Assembly: GCF_001194135.2 (NCBI RefSeq)
Contig: NC_068990.1
Span: forward strand, 51,314,482-51,367,838
Source: Octopus bimaculoides
Taxonomy: Eukaryota
Length of the DNA: 53,357 nucleotides
Reading direction: 5' to 3'
The notes beneath the pieces are model-generated. The model was not told where the DNA came from, did no database searches, and was given only the letters and a program-made list of their open reading frames with translations. Below, piece by piece: positions 1 to 11,659 of this stretch (position 1 is its first letter; each line of letters opens with the position of its first letter). The position numbers and the translations under genes are program-made.

Positions 1-309
1 AACTCGAATGTGGAATCTAAAAACAGAAACAATTCCTATCATAGTAGGTGCCTTAGGTATAATAAAAAAATATTCAGACAAATACATAACAAAAACACCA
101 GGACTTACAAATATATATAACATACAGAAAATTGCACTACTGGGCACTGCACACATCCTACGCAAAACACTTTCAATACAGTAACCATAAGAGCACCACA
201 GCAAACTACAGCACATACCCAAGGCGCATAGAGCTGCGCTCGGTAGTGAAGTGAAAGCACGTTATAAAACTAAAACTACTGAACAATAATAATAATAATG
301 ATAATAATG

Positions 310-367
<58 letters not shown>

Positions 368-376
368 TAATAATAA
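1..376 (+). mobile_element. 3' end of R4/Dong-like (RLE) non-LTR retrotransposon with (AAT)n tail
   Basis: Frame 2..184 reads TRMWNLKTETIPIIVGALGIIKKYSDKYITKTPGLTNIYNIQKIALLGTAHILRKTLSIQ*, the typical C-terminus after the RLE domain. A ~100 bp 3'UTR and (AAT)n at 285-376 follow. Near-identical to the minus-strand copy at 25329-25826. Confidence 0.9.
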
Positions 377-1000
377 GGAAATGGAGGGGAACAGCATCAG
401 GAAGTGATTTCTGATGCGGAAGAAAGTGAAGTATTTTGGAGAGAAATCTGGAACATGCCAGTGAGACATAAAGAAATTATAGAGTGGTACACACAGTTGT
501 AGAAACAACTTGTAACTGCACTAAGACAAAAGGACGCCAGAATTGGTCAGTATGCAGTGAGATTGAAGTTTTTTTTTAATGCCAAACTGGAAAGGATCTG
601 TCCCCGGATGGTGCAAAAGGGTATTGGCTGAAGAATTTTACTCAGTTGCATGAAGGATTGCTGCACAACACGTCCCCACCAGGATAACAAGTAAACAAAT
701 TTTCTTATTGCCCAAGAACCCCCTGAAATGTAAGTTGGTGTCAATTTTCGACTTATGACATGTTTACCATTTATGCAGAATATTATGACCGGTATCTTGG
801 CAGAAAAGTTATATCATCATGTGGAAAGTAACAATTCACTTCTATTGGAACAGAAAAGATACCTGAAACAAAGTAGGGCAGCTAAAGGCAGTTATTAGTT
901 GATAAAATGTTAATTAGAAACTGTAGACGCAGACTGACGTGACTGAACATACTATAGTTGAATAACAGAAAAGCAATACGATACCTCCCACTTTCTTGTT
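377..1000 (+). pseudogene. Old degenerate R4/Dong-like reverse transcriptase fragment
   Basis: Broken frames give FWREIWNMP, GYWLKNFTQLH, NFRLMTCLPFMQKIMTGILAEKLYHHVE (NYRPITCL-like) and QLLVDKM..RNCRRR. Many stops and frameshifts. Confidence 0.7.
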
Positions 1001-1470
1001 GGCCAGTCAACCGACAAAAACGAAAGCCTGGTGGTTACGTTAGAAATTTTGTTCAGATTTGGCAGATTGTCTCTTTTCAAAACTTTGCTATGTATGGCGA
1101 GGAAGAAATATGGGCAACCAGTCCCTTACATTCCTGATCGCCTTAGCAAGAAAATAAAACAATAGATTTAACATGTTCAAGGTTCTAGAGAAGGAACAAA
1201 GCACATAGTTACAAGTTTCTAAAATTGGCTTAGTTACGTAATGAACAATAATAACAACCTCCGCCGCAACAACAAAAATAATCATAACACTTAATGATAT
1301 TACATATAGTGATAAAGGCAAAGCTTAAATTAACCAATCCCTAGCAGCAACATCAGCAACAACTTATAAAGTATCAACAATAACCATGATGCTAACAATT
1401 ACACTGTTATCATGGCTTCAGAAGATATCCACAAAGACAAAAACAACGATAATAATGCTATGGTTTCAGA

Positions 1471-1676
1471 TTTTGGCAAAAGCTAGCAATTCTGGGGGTA
1501 AGTGACTAAGTCGATTACATCGATCCCAGTGTTCAACTGATACTTATTCTATCGATCTCGAAAGGATGAAAGGCATAGTCGACTCCGGCTGCATTTGAAC
1601 TCAGAATGTAAAGACGGACGAAATACTGCTAAGTATTTTGCCCAGTGTGCTAATGATTCTGCCAGCTCACTGCCTT
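1471..1676 (-). mobile_element. tRNA-derived SINE (octopus-type)
   Basis: Minus strand starts taaggcagtgagctggcagaatc and has a B-box-like gagttcaaatgc and the core ..ataagtatcagttgaacactgggatcgat.. Homologous to the copy at 10785-10945. Confidence 0.8.
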
Positions 1677-1959
1677 AAAATAGTTGTAACGGCGATAATA
1701 ATTATGGAAATAATACCGATGGTGATAATAATGATAGAGATTATAATAATCGTTTCTTCATAAGCCATACATAGTTCAACAATAATAAAATTAAGGTGAC
1801 ACAAAAGATGTTTTATGAAACAAAACGAAATATTCCTATGGTTAATCTGGAAGCGTGACTGTCTGGGAAGAACCAGCCTGAGGTAGATATGTCATCCAAT
1901 GGCACAAAATCTTCTTCGAATACGAACCTGGATGGTCACTTGAACGGGAACTACAACAT

Positions 1960-2620
1960 ATCGAGCTCTTCAAATTCACCACCACAGCCACTACAAAAAA
2001 ATGGAGCCGGGAAGAGTATAAAGAAGTAATATACGCTTATTACAATGCATTGGGTAAGCCATCGCAAGAGAGACACACAGCGAACTCTTACAAAATATGG
2101 TGAACACGAAATCAAGATAGGAGACCTTATTTGAATGAAAACAAGTTAGAAAATGTTAGGAAGGATATCTTCAGGAATAATAGACTCATATATACTACAA
2201 TAATCGTGATTAAACACTCACTGGAAAATGACCCAAATATAAAACACGATAAATGAAGAATCAGATCAAGAGGGTAGCCGGCCACAAATTTTAATTCTCC
2301 TGACTAAATCACGCAAAGGTCTGAAGAAATAAGAAATTCTAATGAACCTAATAAAGATAACCAGGAAAATGGCAGTGAAACAGTATTTGAAGACTATGTT
2401 GATGAACATGGAGAGTCCATCATAGAAATGAATCAGAAAATAAAATTCTGAATGAGCTTAATAAAATTCTGAATGAGTGAGACATACATGTATGAGTCAT
2501 AGAGAACTACTTCATAAGTTCTCGAATACAAACCAAAATAAAAAACAAAACAGATTAAAATTGGCAAGTATGTAACAAAAGACATCATACAAGAATAAAA
2601 CATTGATCTTATTTAGTTAA
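1960..2620 (+). pseudogene. Degenerate N-terminal ORF fragment of an R4/Dong-like element
   Basis: KKWSREEYKEVIYAYYNALGKP..YKIW*TRNQDRRPYLNENKLENVRKDIFRNNRL resembles the N-terminal region of Dong/R4 ORFs. Interrupted by the Tc1 insertion. Confidence 0.55.
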
Positions 2621-2633
2621 ATGAAATGATTTA

Positions 2634-4215
2634 CAGTGGGGGAAATAAATATTCGTACATGTCAAAAATTCTCTATTTATTTAATTTCTAATGAACATAA
2701 ATGGAATATACCAATGCTATATTTGCATACGCATACATAAACTAAGAATATGCAAAAGAAACTAATAAATTATAGTAACTAATGAATTTATATACAAATA
2801 TAAATATTTAGGGTGAAAAAAGTATTCGTACAGAACATAAATAACTGATAATTCTGATTTAATACTTCGTAGCATAACCATTATTTAGTTCCACTTCAAC
2901 CAATCTCTTCTTGTAGTTCTTAATCAATGACTCACATGTTTCTTTGGGAATTTTTCCCCATTCTTCGTGACAAATTTTCTTCAAATCTGGAATGCACATT
3001 GGGGCTCGTGAATGAATTTTACTTTTCAAATAACGCCACAAATTCTCAATGGGGTTCAAGTCAGGTGACTGGCTTGGCCATTCTAATAATTTTATATTGT
3101 GATTGACAATCCATTTTTGGTAGAATTCGCCGTGTGCTTAGGGTCGTTATCCTGTTGTAAAACCCACCCTTCACAAAGCTGGAGCTTTTCTACAGAGTCC
3201 CATAAATTATTGTTCAAAATATTTTGGTACACATCTCTGCATTCATTCTACCATTTATCACATGTAAATTGCCAGTGCTATTTGCAGAGAAACACCCCTA
3301 CACAATGGTTTTGCCACCTCCAAACTTTACAGTAGGAATTGTGTTTTTCGGCGAATAGGTGGTACTGTCTTTCCTCCAAACATGGCTCCGCGAATTTCGT
3401 CCAAACAATTCAATTTTCGACTCGTTTGTCCAAAGAACATTTTCCCAGATTGTACCAGATTTATCTTTATGTTCATAAACAAATTTTAAACGGGCATCTG
3501 TATGCCTTTTAGTCAACAGTGGAGGTTTTCTAGGAGAGCATGACTTCAGTTCATTCCTATGAAGTTCATTGCTGATTGTTCGTAGTGTAACACTAGTCCC
3601 TGAAGCAAACAGATCTTGCAACTCCTTTCTGGTGATCATTGCGTTTTTTTCGATACTTCACTTCATTTTTCTTAAATATCTAGGGGAAATCTTGCGTGGT
3701 GCACCGATCTTATTCTGTTTTCAACAGTTCCCGATTTTTTATATCTTTGAATAAATGAAGATATGGTAGAAAATGGAATACAAAGGGTCTCTGATATTTT
3801 CCTGTAACTTTTACCTGCTTTCCACTGTTCAATAATTAAGTTTTCACTGAATTTGTGAGTTCTTTACTTTATGTTGTCTCAGTGCTGAATGAAGAAGCTA
3901 GCGTTTTGACACTTAAAAATGACCACTGATAGGATTATTGGAACAAACGAGAAAGCTCTAGTAAAAAAAAATTATTTTAACAGTATGTTGTGGCATAGAA
4001 ACTCATAAATTTATTCTGTACGAATACTTTTTTCACCCTAAATATTTATAATTGTATATAAATTCAATAATTACTATAATTTATTACTTTCTTTTGCATA
4101 TTCTTAGTTTATGCATGTGTATGCAAATATAGTATTGGTATATCCCATTTATGTTCATTAGAAATTAAATAAATAAAGAATTTTGATATGTACGAATATT
4201 TATTTCCCCCCACTG
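2634..4215 (-). mobile_element. Full-length Tc1-family DNA transposon (1582 bp), ~200 bp IR/DR-type TIRs, TA target duplication
   Basis: Ends ta|CAGTGGGGGAAATAAATATTCGTACA (2634) and TGTACGAATATTTATTTCCCCCCACTG|ta (4215). The inverted match extends ~200 bp and each TIR has an inner repeat (aaaagtattcgtaca) of the outer motif. Confidence 0.95.
2859..3875 (-). pseudogene. Tc1 DD34E transposase, frameshifted
   Basis: KELTNSVKNLIIEQWKAGKSYRKISETLCIPFSTI (paired-like HTH), WTNESKIELFG, GWVLQQDNDPKH, LEWPSQSPDLNPIENLW. There are 34 residues between the second D and E after restoring one lost base. Confidence 0.93.
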
Positions 4216-4314
4216 TATGTATCTGCTAAGGTAATTGAAAATAGTTGTATGCCTTCGAAAAACAAAGAAAACCAAACTTGATAAGAAAGCTGGAAAAAGC
4301 CACACTTGAGCTAT

Positions 4315-4460
4315 GAATGCGCGTGGCTTAGCAGTTAGGTTGTTCGTTAGTTCAGTTACTAACGCGGGAAGAACGTTGTTTCCTTGAGAAAGGAACTTTA
4401 TTTCATATTTCTTCCATCTACTAGGCTGTAATGAGTGCCGGCCTGGAGCTGATGCAGCCC
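4315..4460 (+). mobile_element. Degenerate tRNA-derived SINE
   Basis: gcgcgtggcttagcagttagg head and ttccttgagaaaggaactttatttca core, similar to the SINEs at 46344-46815. Confidence 0.55.
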
Positions 4461-5309
4461 TTTCTCCCTCCGTCTATCATATCCTGGATGTTCTACTAGG
4501 TCAGGAGTGAGGGTATAGAGGGGTGTCTATGTTTGCCTTCCACGACCTACATGCTTAAAACAATTAGTGAAAGTATGATGCATGTTACCAAGCGATACAC
4601 TTATCGAGCTGAGTTACTCATCCATGTGAAACTTTTTACTCTCACATTTGATAAAATTTACTCAATGGACACATCACATTTCACACACTTATTCCACTTT
4701 AATTAAAATCTGAACATTGTTTGGAACAAGAAATACCACGCCCCTCAGAAGATTGCAACTATCAATCGCATTTTTACGAAAATGAAAAACAAACAATTTA
4801 GTTTACATCAGTTTTTACCCCATTGGTCGATTTAGTTTGACATATACTGCAAGCAATGGATAATGTATGGGGAATTTTCTTTGTCCTAGCTGAATTTTGA
4901 AGATGCACATATAAACGACGTACAACACATAATTGTGAAGTATATGTGTAAACGAAAGAAAATATATTGGAACAGCAAAGCTTATTAGATACTTCTCTTT
5001 GCTGGTGTAATTAATGTGACAGAAACCAATCGATAAAACAGTTTTCTTGGCACAATACCGCTAATCCTGCCGACGAAATTGATTTGTTGTGGCCAAAATG
5101 TTACCAGTGTCGGCAGGGACAGAGGTAGTGAGGGTATGATCACTAATTAATTCGTCATCAAATTCTAAAGGTAAGCAATTTAACAACCAATCTATTAGTT
5201 TGATTAATGACTTCAAAGTATCGTGAAGCCGATACTATGATGAAGACAGCTGTATATAACATCACGTACCTTGTATGTATATATATATATATATAGGGTT
5301 TCCATAAAG

Positions 5310-5520
5310 TCTGAGTACATGGGGTCATGTGGAATGGTCCTCTTGTTCACCAGACCTTTCTCCCCTTGACTTCTTTTTCTGGGGTATGTTGAAAGAGAAA
5401 GTTTACTCAATAAACATTACAGATTTAAACCACATGAGAAAACGCATTACCAGTAGTGTGCTGAAATTGATGGCAATGTAGACTTATTTAATCGAGTTCA
5501 CCTGAATTTTGCAAGGCGCA
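5310..5520 (+). pseudogene. Mariner/Tc1-superfamily transposase C-terminal remnant (WPPRSPDL-type)
   Basis: Reads GHVEWSSCSPDLSPLDFFFWGMLKEKVYSINITDLNHMRKRITSS, matching the WPxxSPDLxPxDFFLWGxLKxKVY motif. Sits between (TA)n tracts. Confidence 0.75.
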
Positions 5521-5699
5521 TATATATATATATATTAGCAATATAAAAATATACAAGGTGTAAAGATACTGAAGATTCAGTATACACCACGTGGCAAAAT
5601 TATGAGTTGAAAATATGTGTAAAAAACATAAAATGTGGAAGAGAAATGCCTTCGTTTCATATAGTTTAATATCTTTTTATAAATATATGCATATTATAT

Positions 5700-6684
5700 G
5701 GATGTCGTGAAATCTAACCGGTTTTCGCTATTTAAATTAGCTTTTCAAGGGACATTGTACAGTAATCAGTTCTCGTGACATAGGGGTTTCGTCATTTTGG
5801 ATGTTTGAAGAATAAGAAGAATGAGTTTAGAGAGGGAACCAAGGGAAGCAACAGGTAGCAAGGGGGACNNNNNNNNNNNNNNNNNNNNNNNNNNNNNNNN
5901 NNNNNNNNNNNNNNNNNNNNNNNNNNNNNNNNNNNNNNNNNNNNNNNNNNNNNNNNNNNNNNNNNNNNNNNNNNNNNNNNNNNNNNNNNNNNNNNNNNNN
6001 NNNNNNNNNNNNNNNNNNNNNNNNNNNNNNNNNNNNNNNNNNNNNNNNNNNNNNNNNNNNNNNNNNNNNNNNNNNNNNNNNNNNNNNNNTCTGTTCTTTA
6101 TATAGCGTGACTCTGCGTCTCAAAGTGAGGCTCGTTTGGCCCACATAATTGTGACCACAACCTGAGCAGGTAAGGACATAGATAAGGTTCTGGGAAGCAC
6201 ATGTGAAGTTGATCTTAATTGAGAATTTTTGTCCTTGCTGGAATGTGAATTCCGAGCCTTCAGTTAGGTATGGGCATGTACTATAATTAGGTCGTCTGCA
6301 TTTTTTAACTGTTGGTATCGTTTGTATTGAGTATAGCTTTGCATTTGTTAGGAGTCTCTTGAATGATTTGTCTTGTCTTTTGCATTTTAGTAGTTTGTGT
6401 GTATTTAGGATGCTGTTCATTTTCGGGTCTTGAGTGAGCAGAGGGAGGTTTGTATAATTGTGTTGTATGCTTCATTGTTTCTGGGGTTGGGGGTTGATAT
6501 GCATGGGAGTGATTTGGGGTGAGGTGTGGTGTTTTGTTTTGTTGTCCTTAGTGTATCTGTGTCCAATTACTTGGCATGTTTAATTCCATGTTCTATAAGT
6601 GTTATTTCGAGTTCTTGTAGGCGAAGTTCCCGAGTGGTTGTGTCAGATACAATTGTACAGATCCTTTTTGCTAGATTGAATAGC

Positions 6685-6690
<6 letters not shown>
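5700..6690 (-). mobile_element. Penelope-like element 3' portion with GIY-YIG endonuclease
   Basis: ORF 5827..6420: ..CRRPNYSTCPYL..FTCASQNLIYVLTCSGCGHNYVGQTSLTLRRRV, giving the IY-YVG signature plus a Cys-rich motif. Followed by pLTR-like sequence containing a hammerhead-like motif. Confidence 0.85.
5712..5753 (-). ncRNA. Degenerate minimal hammerhead ribozyme motif in PLE pLTR
   Basis: Minus strand: gtcc CTTGAAAA gcta-atttaaa-tagc GAAA ACCGGT T agat. Perfect stem II and palindromic stem III, but the CUGANGA core is mutated. Confidence 0.5.
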
Positions 6691-6716
<26 letters not shown>

Positions 6717-6953
6717 GAGACGGAAGATGGAAGGTACGAGAATTTTTATTAATCACTACAATTGTTTCAACTCATCTAGCATCTATCCCTCGCGAGTGGG
6801 ATAACTAACAACTGGTTCAGGAGGGTCCACTCTCTTCGAATGATAAATAGATATAACTCGTTAAAATAATAGCTCCGCAGAGAATCTTCTCAGTTCATGT
6901 AAACAAAAACAGAAACTTAAACGATATAGCTTCATTTATAAAGAAGATTAATG

Positions 6954-7967
6954 AGACACATGAGTGCGTTGAAAGATTATTATTAACTAGCATACCTGTG
7001 TCGTCAAAAATACCGACAATTTTATTAAAGATAGAAAATCAACACAATGGCAGAGACCATGAACAAATGTCAGTAATCTAGTAAATATGTGTATATACAC
7101 AAAATTGAAGAATCAGATACGGTTATACTGTCGCGTTTCAAAATATCGTGCACTTAATGTGTGTGTGTGTATGTGTGTGTGTGTGTATGTGTGTGCGTGT
7201 GTGCGTTTGTGTGTGTAATTAAGGTTAAGATTTAAATTTAACATTTAAGATTTAAATTGCATTTTCCGTATGTTCCTAGCAATATACCGGCAAAGCACGT
7301 TCACTGCTTATGACTATTTGGCGTTATCTATGGTAATTGCACAATCGTANNNNNNNNNNNNNNNNNNNNNNNNNNNNNNNNNNNNNNNNNNNNNNNNNNN
7401 NNNNNNNNNNNNNNNNNNNNNNNNNNNNNNNNNNNNNNNNNNNNNNNNNNNNNNNNNNNNNNNNNNNNNNNNNNNNNNNNNNNNNNNNNNNNNNNNNNNN
7501 NNNNNNNNNNNNNNNNNNNNNNNNNNNNNNNNNNNNNNNNNNNNNNNNNNNNNNNNNTTAACAAGAGCATGTTAACAGCAATCATATCTAAAATATATTG
7601 TGGAAGACCGAGGAAGGGCAAGGAATAGATTAAGTTGTTAGAATCACACTTAAGTCTAGCAACTGCATTGTGCAGTGGGAATGAATTTGAGAAGCCGTTA
7701 ACCTAAAAAGACTGTTGTTATAAGTAAAGTTTCCAGTATATTCTATCGTTCGTATCAATTGTCTCTGCTATATTCAATGTGCACCGCAGAATTCCTAACG
7801 TAGATCCACTTACGATTGTGCAATTACCATAGATAACGCCAAATAGTCATAAGCAGTGAACGTGCTTTGCCGGTATATTGCTAGGAACATACGGAAAATG
7901 CAATTTAAATCTTAAATGTTAAATTTAAATCTTAACCTTAATTACACACACAAACGCACACACGCAC

Positions 7968-8033
<66 letters not shown>

Positions 8034-8234
8034 TAAGTGGACGATATTTTGAAACGCGACAGTATAACCGTATCTGATTCTTCAATTTTGTGTATATACA
8101 CATATTTACTAGGTTACAGACATTTGTCCATGGTTTCTGCCATTGTGTTGATTTTCTATCATTTATAAAACTGTCGGAATTTTTGACGATACAGGTATGG
8201 TAGTTAATAATAATCTTTCAACGCACTCGTGTCT
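6954..8234. repeat. Long inverted repeat (fold-back), arms of about 400 bp or more
   Basis: 6954-7349 is the reverse complement of ~7811-8234, including an internal (GT)n/(CA)n tract, with scattered substitutions. The left arm runs into an N gap. Confidence 0.92.
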
Positions 8235-8620
8235 TACATAATGAGTGGCAACTCTTCTAGTTGATTATATTGTTTCTTTCAATCCACTTTCGCACTTACT
8301 CTGTCCCATTCCCTGTCTCTCTCTCTCTTTCACACACACACACACACGCACCCACCCGCACACTCACAGAATCTGCGTCTGTTATGAGCATTCTCTCGTT
8401 TTTGCCAGCGTCTCTTGCACCAAAAAGTACTGGTGTCAAATATGCCGCCGTGAAAACAGGTTAATTTTCCTGTCTGTAGTTGCAAATCAGCAGTGTCCAA
8501 AAACTGCGTTTACTCGTCCCGTTCCGCAATAATATAAAGTGCCATTTCAGTTCCAGGTCGATCTAAGTGACTGCTTCCTCCTCCCAATACTACTGACTTT
8601 ATGCCAACATTTGGAGCCAT

Positions 8621-8886
8621 CATTATTATTATTATTGTTATTATTATTATTATTATTGAGTGAGAGAGCAGTGCATGCCATCAAAGTGAGGCTGGGGTAA
8701 AATATACGAAGCCCATTATACCCATCATGACTACCCGTCTGATTAGGGTGCACCAGGCACATGCATCACAACCATATGCGCGCGACATGGTGATCTCATA
8801 TCAAGATAAACAGCGCATGACCTCGCAGGTGGGGCCCAGTTAGAATTTTCTTCAGGCCGAGTAGCCCATCCCGATCAAAAGGTCCC
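8621..8886 (-). mobile_element. 3' UTR of an unclassified (AAT)n-tailed non-LTR element
   Basis: Minus strand ends ..gatggcatgcactgctctctcactc(AAT)n. No coding motif is visible and the rest lies in the N gap. Confidence 0.55.
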
Positions 8887-9787
8887 NNNNNNNNNNNNNN
8901 NNNNNNNNNNNNNNNNNNNNNNNNNNNNNNNNNNNNNNNNNNNNNNNNNNNNNNNNNNNNNNNNNNNNNNNNNNNNNNNNNNNNNNNNNNNNNNNNNNNN
9001 NNNNNNNNNNNNNNNNNNNNNNNNNNNNNNNNNNNNNNNNNNNNNNNNNNNNNNNNNNNNNNNNNNNNNNNNNNNNNNNNNNNNNNNNNNNNNNNNNNNN
9101 NNNNNNNNNNNNNNNNNNNNNNNNNNNNNNNNNNNNNNNNNNNNNNNNNNNNNNNNNNNNNNNNNNNNNNNNNNNNNNNNNNNNNNNNNNNNNNNNNNNN
9201 NNNNNNNNNNNNNNNNNNNNNNNNNNNNNNNNNNNNNNNNNNNNNNNNNNNNNNNNNNNNNNNNNNNNNNNNNNNNNNNNNNNNNNNNNNNNNNNNNNNN
9301 NNNNNNNNNNNNNNNNNNNNNNNNNNNNNNNNNNNNNNNNNNNNNNNNNNNNNNNNNNNNNNNNNNNNNNNNNNNNNNNNNNNNNNNNNNNNNNNNNNNN
9401 NNNNNNNNNNNNNNNNNNNNNNNNNNNNNNNNNNNNNNNNNNNNNNNNNNNNNNNNNNNNNNNNNNNNNNNNNNNNNNNNNNNNNNNNNNNNNNNNNNNN
9501 NNNNNNNNNNNNNNNNNNNNNNNNNNNNNNNNNNNNNNNNNNNNNNNNNNNNNNNNNNNNNNNNNNNNNNNNNNNNNNNNNNNNNNNNNNNNNNNNNNNN
9601 NNNNNNNNNNNNNNNNNNNNNNNNNNNNNNNNNNNNNNNNNNNNNNNNNNNNNNNNNNNNNNNNNNNNNNNNNNNNNNNNNNNNNNNNNNNNNNNNNNNN
9701 NNNNNNNNNNNNNNNNNNNNNNNNNNNNNNNNNNNNNNNNNNNNNNNNNNNNNNNNNNNNNNNNNNNNNNNNNNNNNNNNNNNNNNT

Positions 9788-9824
9788 TCTTCTTCTTCTT
9801 CTTCTTCTTCTTCTTCTTCTTCTT

Positions 9825-9904
<80 letters not shown>

Positions 9905-10715
9905 CATCATCTTCTTTCAATTCTGTTCCCTTTTTTGCCATGTGTCTTCCTGATACCTAGGGCAGAGAAGCTCACTGTATACATTGGTAGGCCATTAAAA
10001 TAAACACAATAGATTGTTCATTTACAAAGTCATGTGATAGGGAAAAGGGGGAAGAAAGACAGGGAGAAAAAGTAAAAAGTAAAAAAAATTGAAAAAAGTA
10101 AACAAAGGATATAAAGGGGAAAAAGGAAAGAAAATAAATCCACAATGACAAAGCTCTTCTCAGTACATGTGACATACCAGTCAAGACAATCTTTTGCACT
10201 TTCCTGCATGGATGGTAAGCCAGGGATGATTCTTAAATAATTTTCAGTTCCCATTTTGATCATTCCAAGTGCTCCTACAATTGTAACCGTCTTGAGATGC
10301 TACATCTTTACGATTTCAATTAGCAAATCTTTATATTTTCTGAGCTTATCAAATTCTTTTACCGAGATATTATGGCCACTGGGTATGAATATATCAATCA
10401 ATAAACAGACTTAGTTGTTTTGGTCTTTCACAACAATATCTGGTTTATTAGCTAGGATGATCCGATCTGTACATACTGGAAAGAATTGTTACAGTTTCTA
10501 TCCCACTTACAGCCTCAAGGTGCTGCTTATACAATTTGTCGGCAGCTTTGATTTTATAACGGCGACATATTATCCAATGTAGATATTGGCCAACTCAGAG
10601 GTGTTAAAACCTTACGCCTAGAGATTAGATGGTGCACTGTTTCAATCCTATTGTTGAAGTATAGGTACCTTGGGTCTAATCCACTTTCCATCACATTGGC
10701 TCGATAGGTCCAGGT
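9788..10715 (-). mobile_element. R4/Dong-like element 3' part (degenerate CCHC + RLE) with (TAA)n(GAA)n tail
   Basis: Minus frames: IETVHHLIS..VGQYLHWIICRRYKIK, KPDIVVKDQNN*VCLLIDIFIPSGHNISVKEFDKLRKYKDLLIEI (PD..D..K endonuclease), TIVGALGMIKMGTENYLRIIPG. Compound microsatellite at 9788-9905. Confidence 0.85.
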
Positions 10716-10784
10716 CAAAATTGGACCCGTTAAAAATTCACGGAAAACATAAAAAATGTAAGCATCTGTAAACAGTGTACAGGT

Positions 10785-10945
10785 GCCATGAGAAATGTTT
10801 GTATATTACGTTCTGAGTTCAAATTCTGCTGAGATCGACTTTACCTTTCGTCCTTTCAGGGTCGATAAATTAAGTACCAGTTGTGTACTAGGGTCGATCT
10901 AATCAACTGGCCCCCTCCCCACAAAAATTCAGGCCTAGAAAAGTA
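10785..10945 (+). mobile_element. tRNA-derived SINE (same family as 1471-1676)
   Basis: ttacgttctgagttcaaattctgctgagatcgactttacctttcgtcctttcagggtcgataaattaagtaccagttg, with B box gttcaaattc. Confidence 0.8.
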
Positions 10946-11104
10946 TGTTGTGACAGTAATAGAATATAGAATGTAATGTGACACCGATGACCAACCAAAA
11001 TATCTCAGTTACACAAACGTAAACGGAATTACTATTTAACCTTAAAATACATCGTACATATTCAAAGAACCTGCTTGGTTTAGTGGTACGGAACGTTTTT
11101 CTGG

Positions 11105-11212
11105 TATTATTTTACTTGTTTCAGTCATTTGACGGTGGCCATGCTGGAGCACCACCTTTTAGTCGAAGAAATTGACCCCTGGACTTATTCCCTGTAAGCC
11201 TGGTGCCTATTC
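11105..11212 (-). mobile_element. 3' half of a second SINE family, truncated by a mini inverted-repeat element
   Basis: ttttacttgtttcagtcatttgacggtggccatgctggagcaccacctttt..gacccctggacttattc; shares the gaataag..ggggtc core with the other SINEs. Confidence 0.7.
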
Positions 11213-11214
11213 TA

Positions 11215-11327
11215 TGTCACACCACGTTTTTGGCGCATTTTAAAGAGCATGAGCTATGAACAATATCAAAATAAGAGTTATGACACTTAACTGGAATAAA
11301 AGACAAGACCAAAAACGTGGTGTGACA
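11215..11327. mobile_element. 113 bp miniature inverted-repeat element, 19 bp perfect TIRs, TA flanks
   Basis: ta|TGTCACACCACGTTTTTGG ... CCAAAAACGTGGTGTGACA|ta. Confidence 0.7.
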
Positions 11328-11532
11328 TACAAAATATTGTCTACCATGAAGTACGGTGAGGAAGACCACCGCACCAGCTAGCATCACCACCACACCAGCC
11401 GCTCCTTCATTACACACCCACATTACACCTTTAAGATCAGGGAACCAGTCAGGGGCCCGCTGGATCTCTCTCGGCATACCAGCAAACCATAAAATCGTAC
11501 CAGCCAGGATCACCACTAACTCCAAGCCCGTC

Positions 11533-11599
<67 letters not shown>

Positions 11600-11659
11600 C
11601 ATGTGTGTGTTTGTGCCTGTGTTTGTCCCACCACCACCACCATTGCTTGACAACCGATG

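Noticed and set aside
6735-6850. Hammerhead-like motif on the minus strand (atcat-tcgaaga..gaaacaattgta-gtgat)
   Set aside because: Stem I and palindromic stem III are plausible, but the core is altered and stem II does not pair. Insufficient support.
7558-7810. Hammerhead in the spacer of the 1.3 kb fold-back
   Set aside because: Only a gagacaattga palindrome is present, with no CUGANGA core in the sequenced part.
8410-8530. piggyBac-like Cys-rich tail (WCQICRR..CSCKSAV..C)
   Set aside because: Requires a frameshift, is very short, and has no supporting transposase or TIR.
8796-9941. Long ORFs spanning N runs or microsatellites (also 12902-13638, 17426-18373, 28981-29603, 43209-43916, 45779-46279, 47842-48652, 206-508, 11217-11849)
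   Set aside because: They stay open only because of N gaps or stop-free simple repeats (poly-X, poly-N/K/L, YIYI, THTH). No coding evidence.
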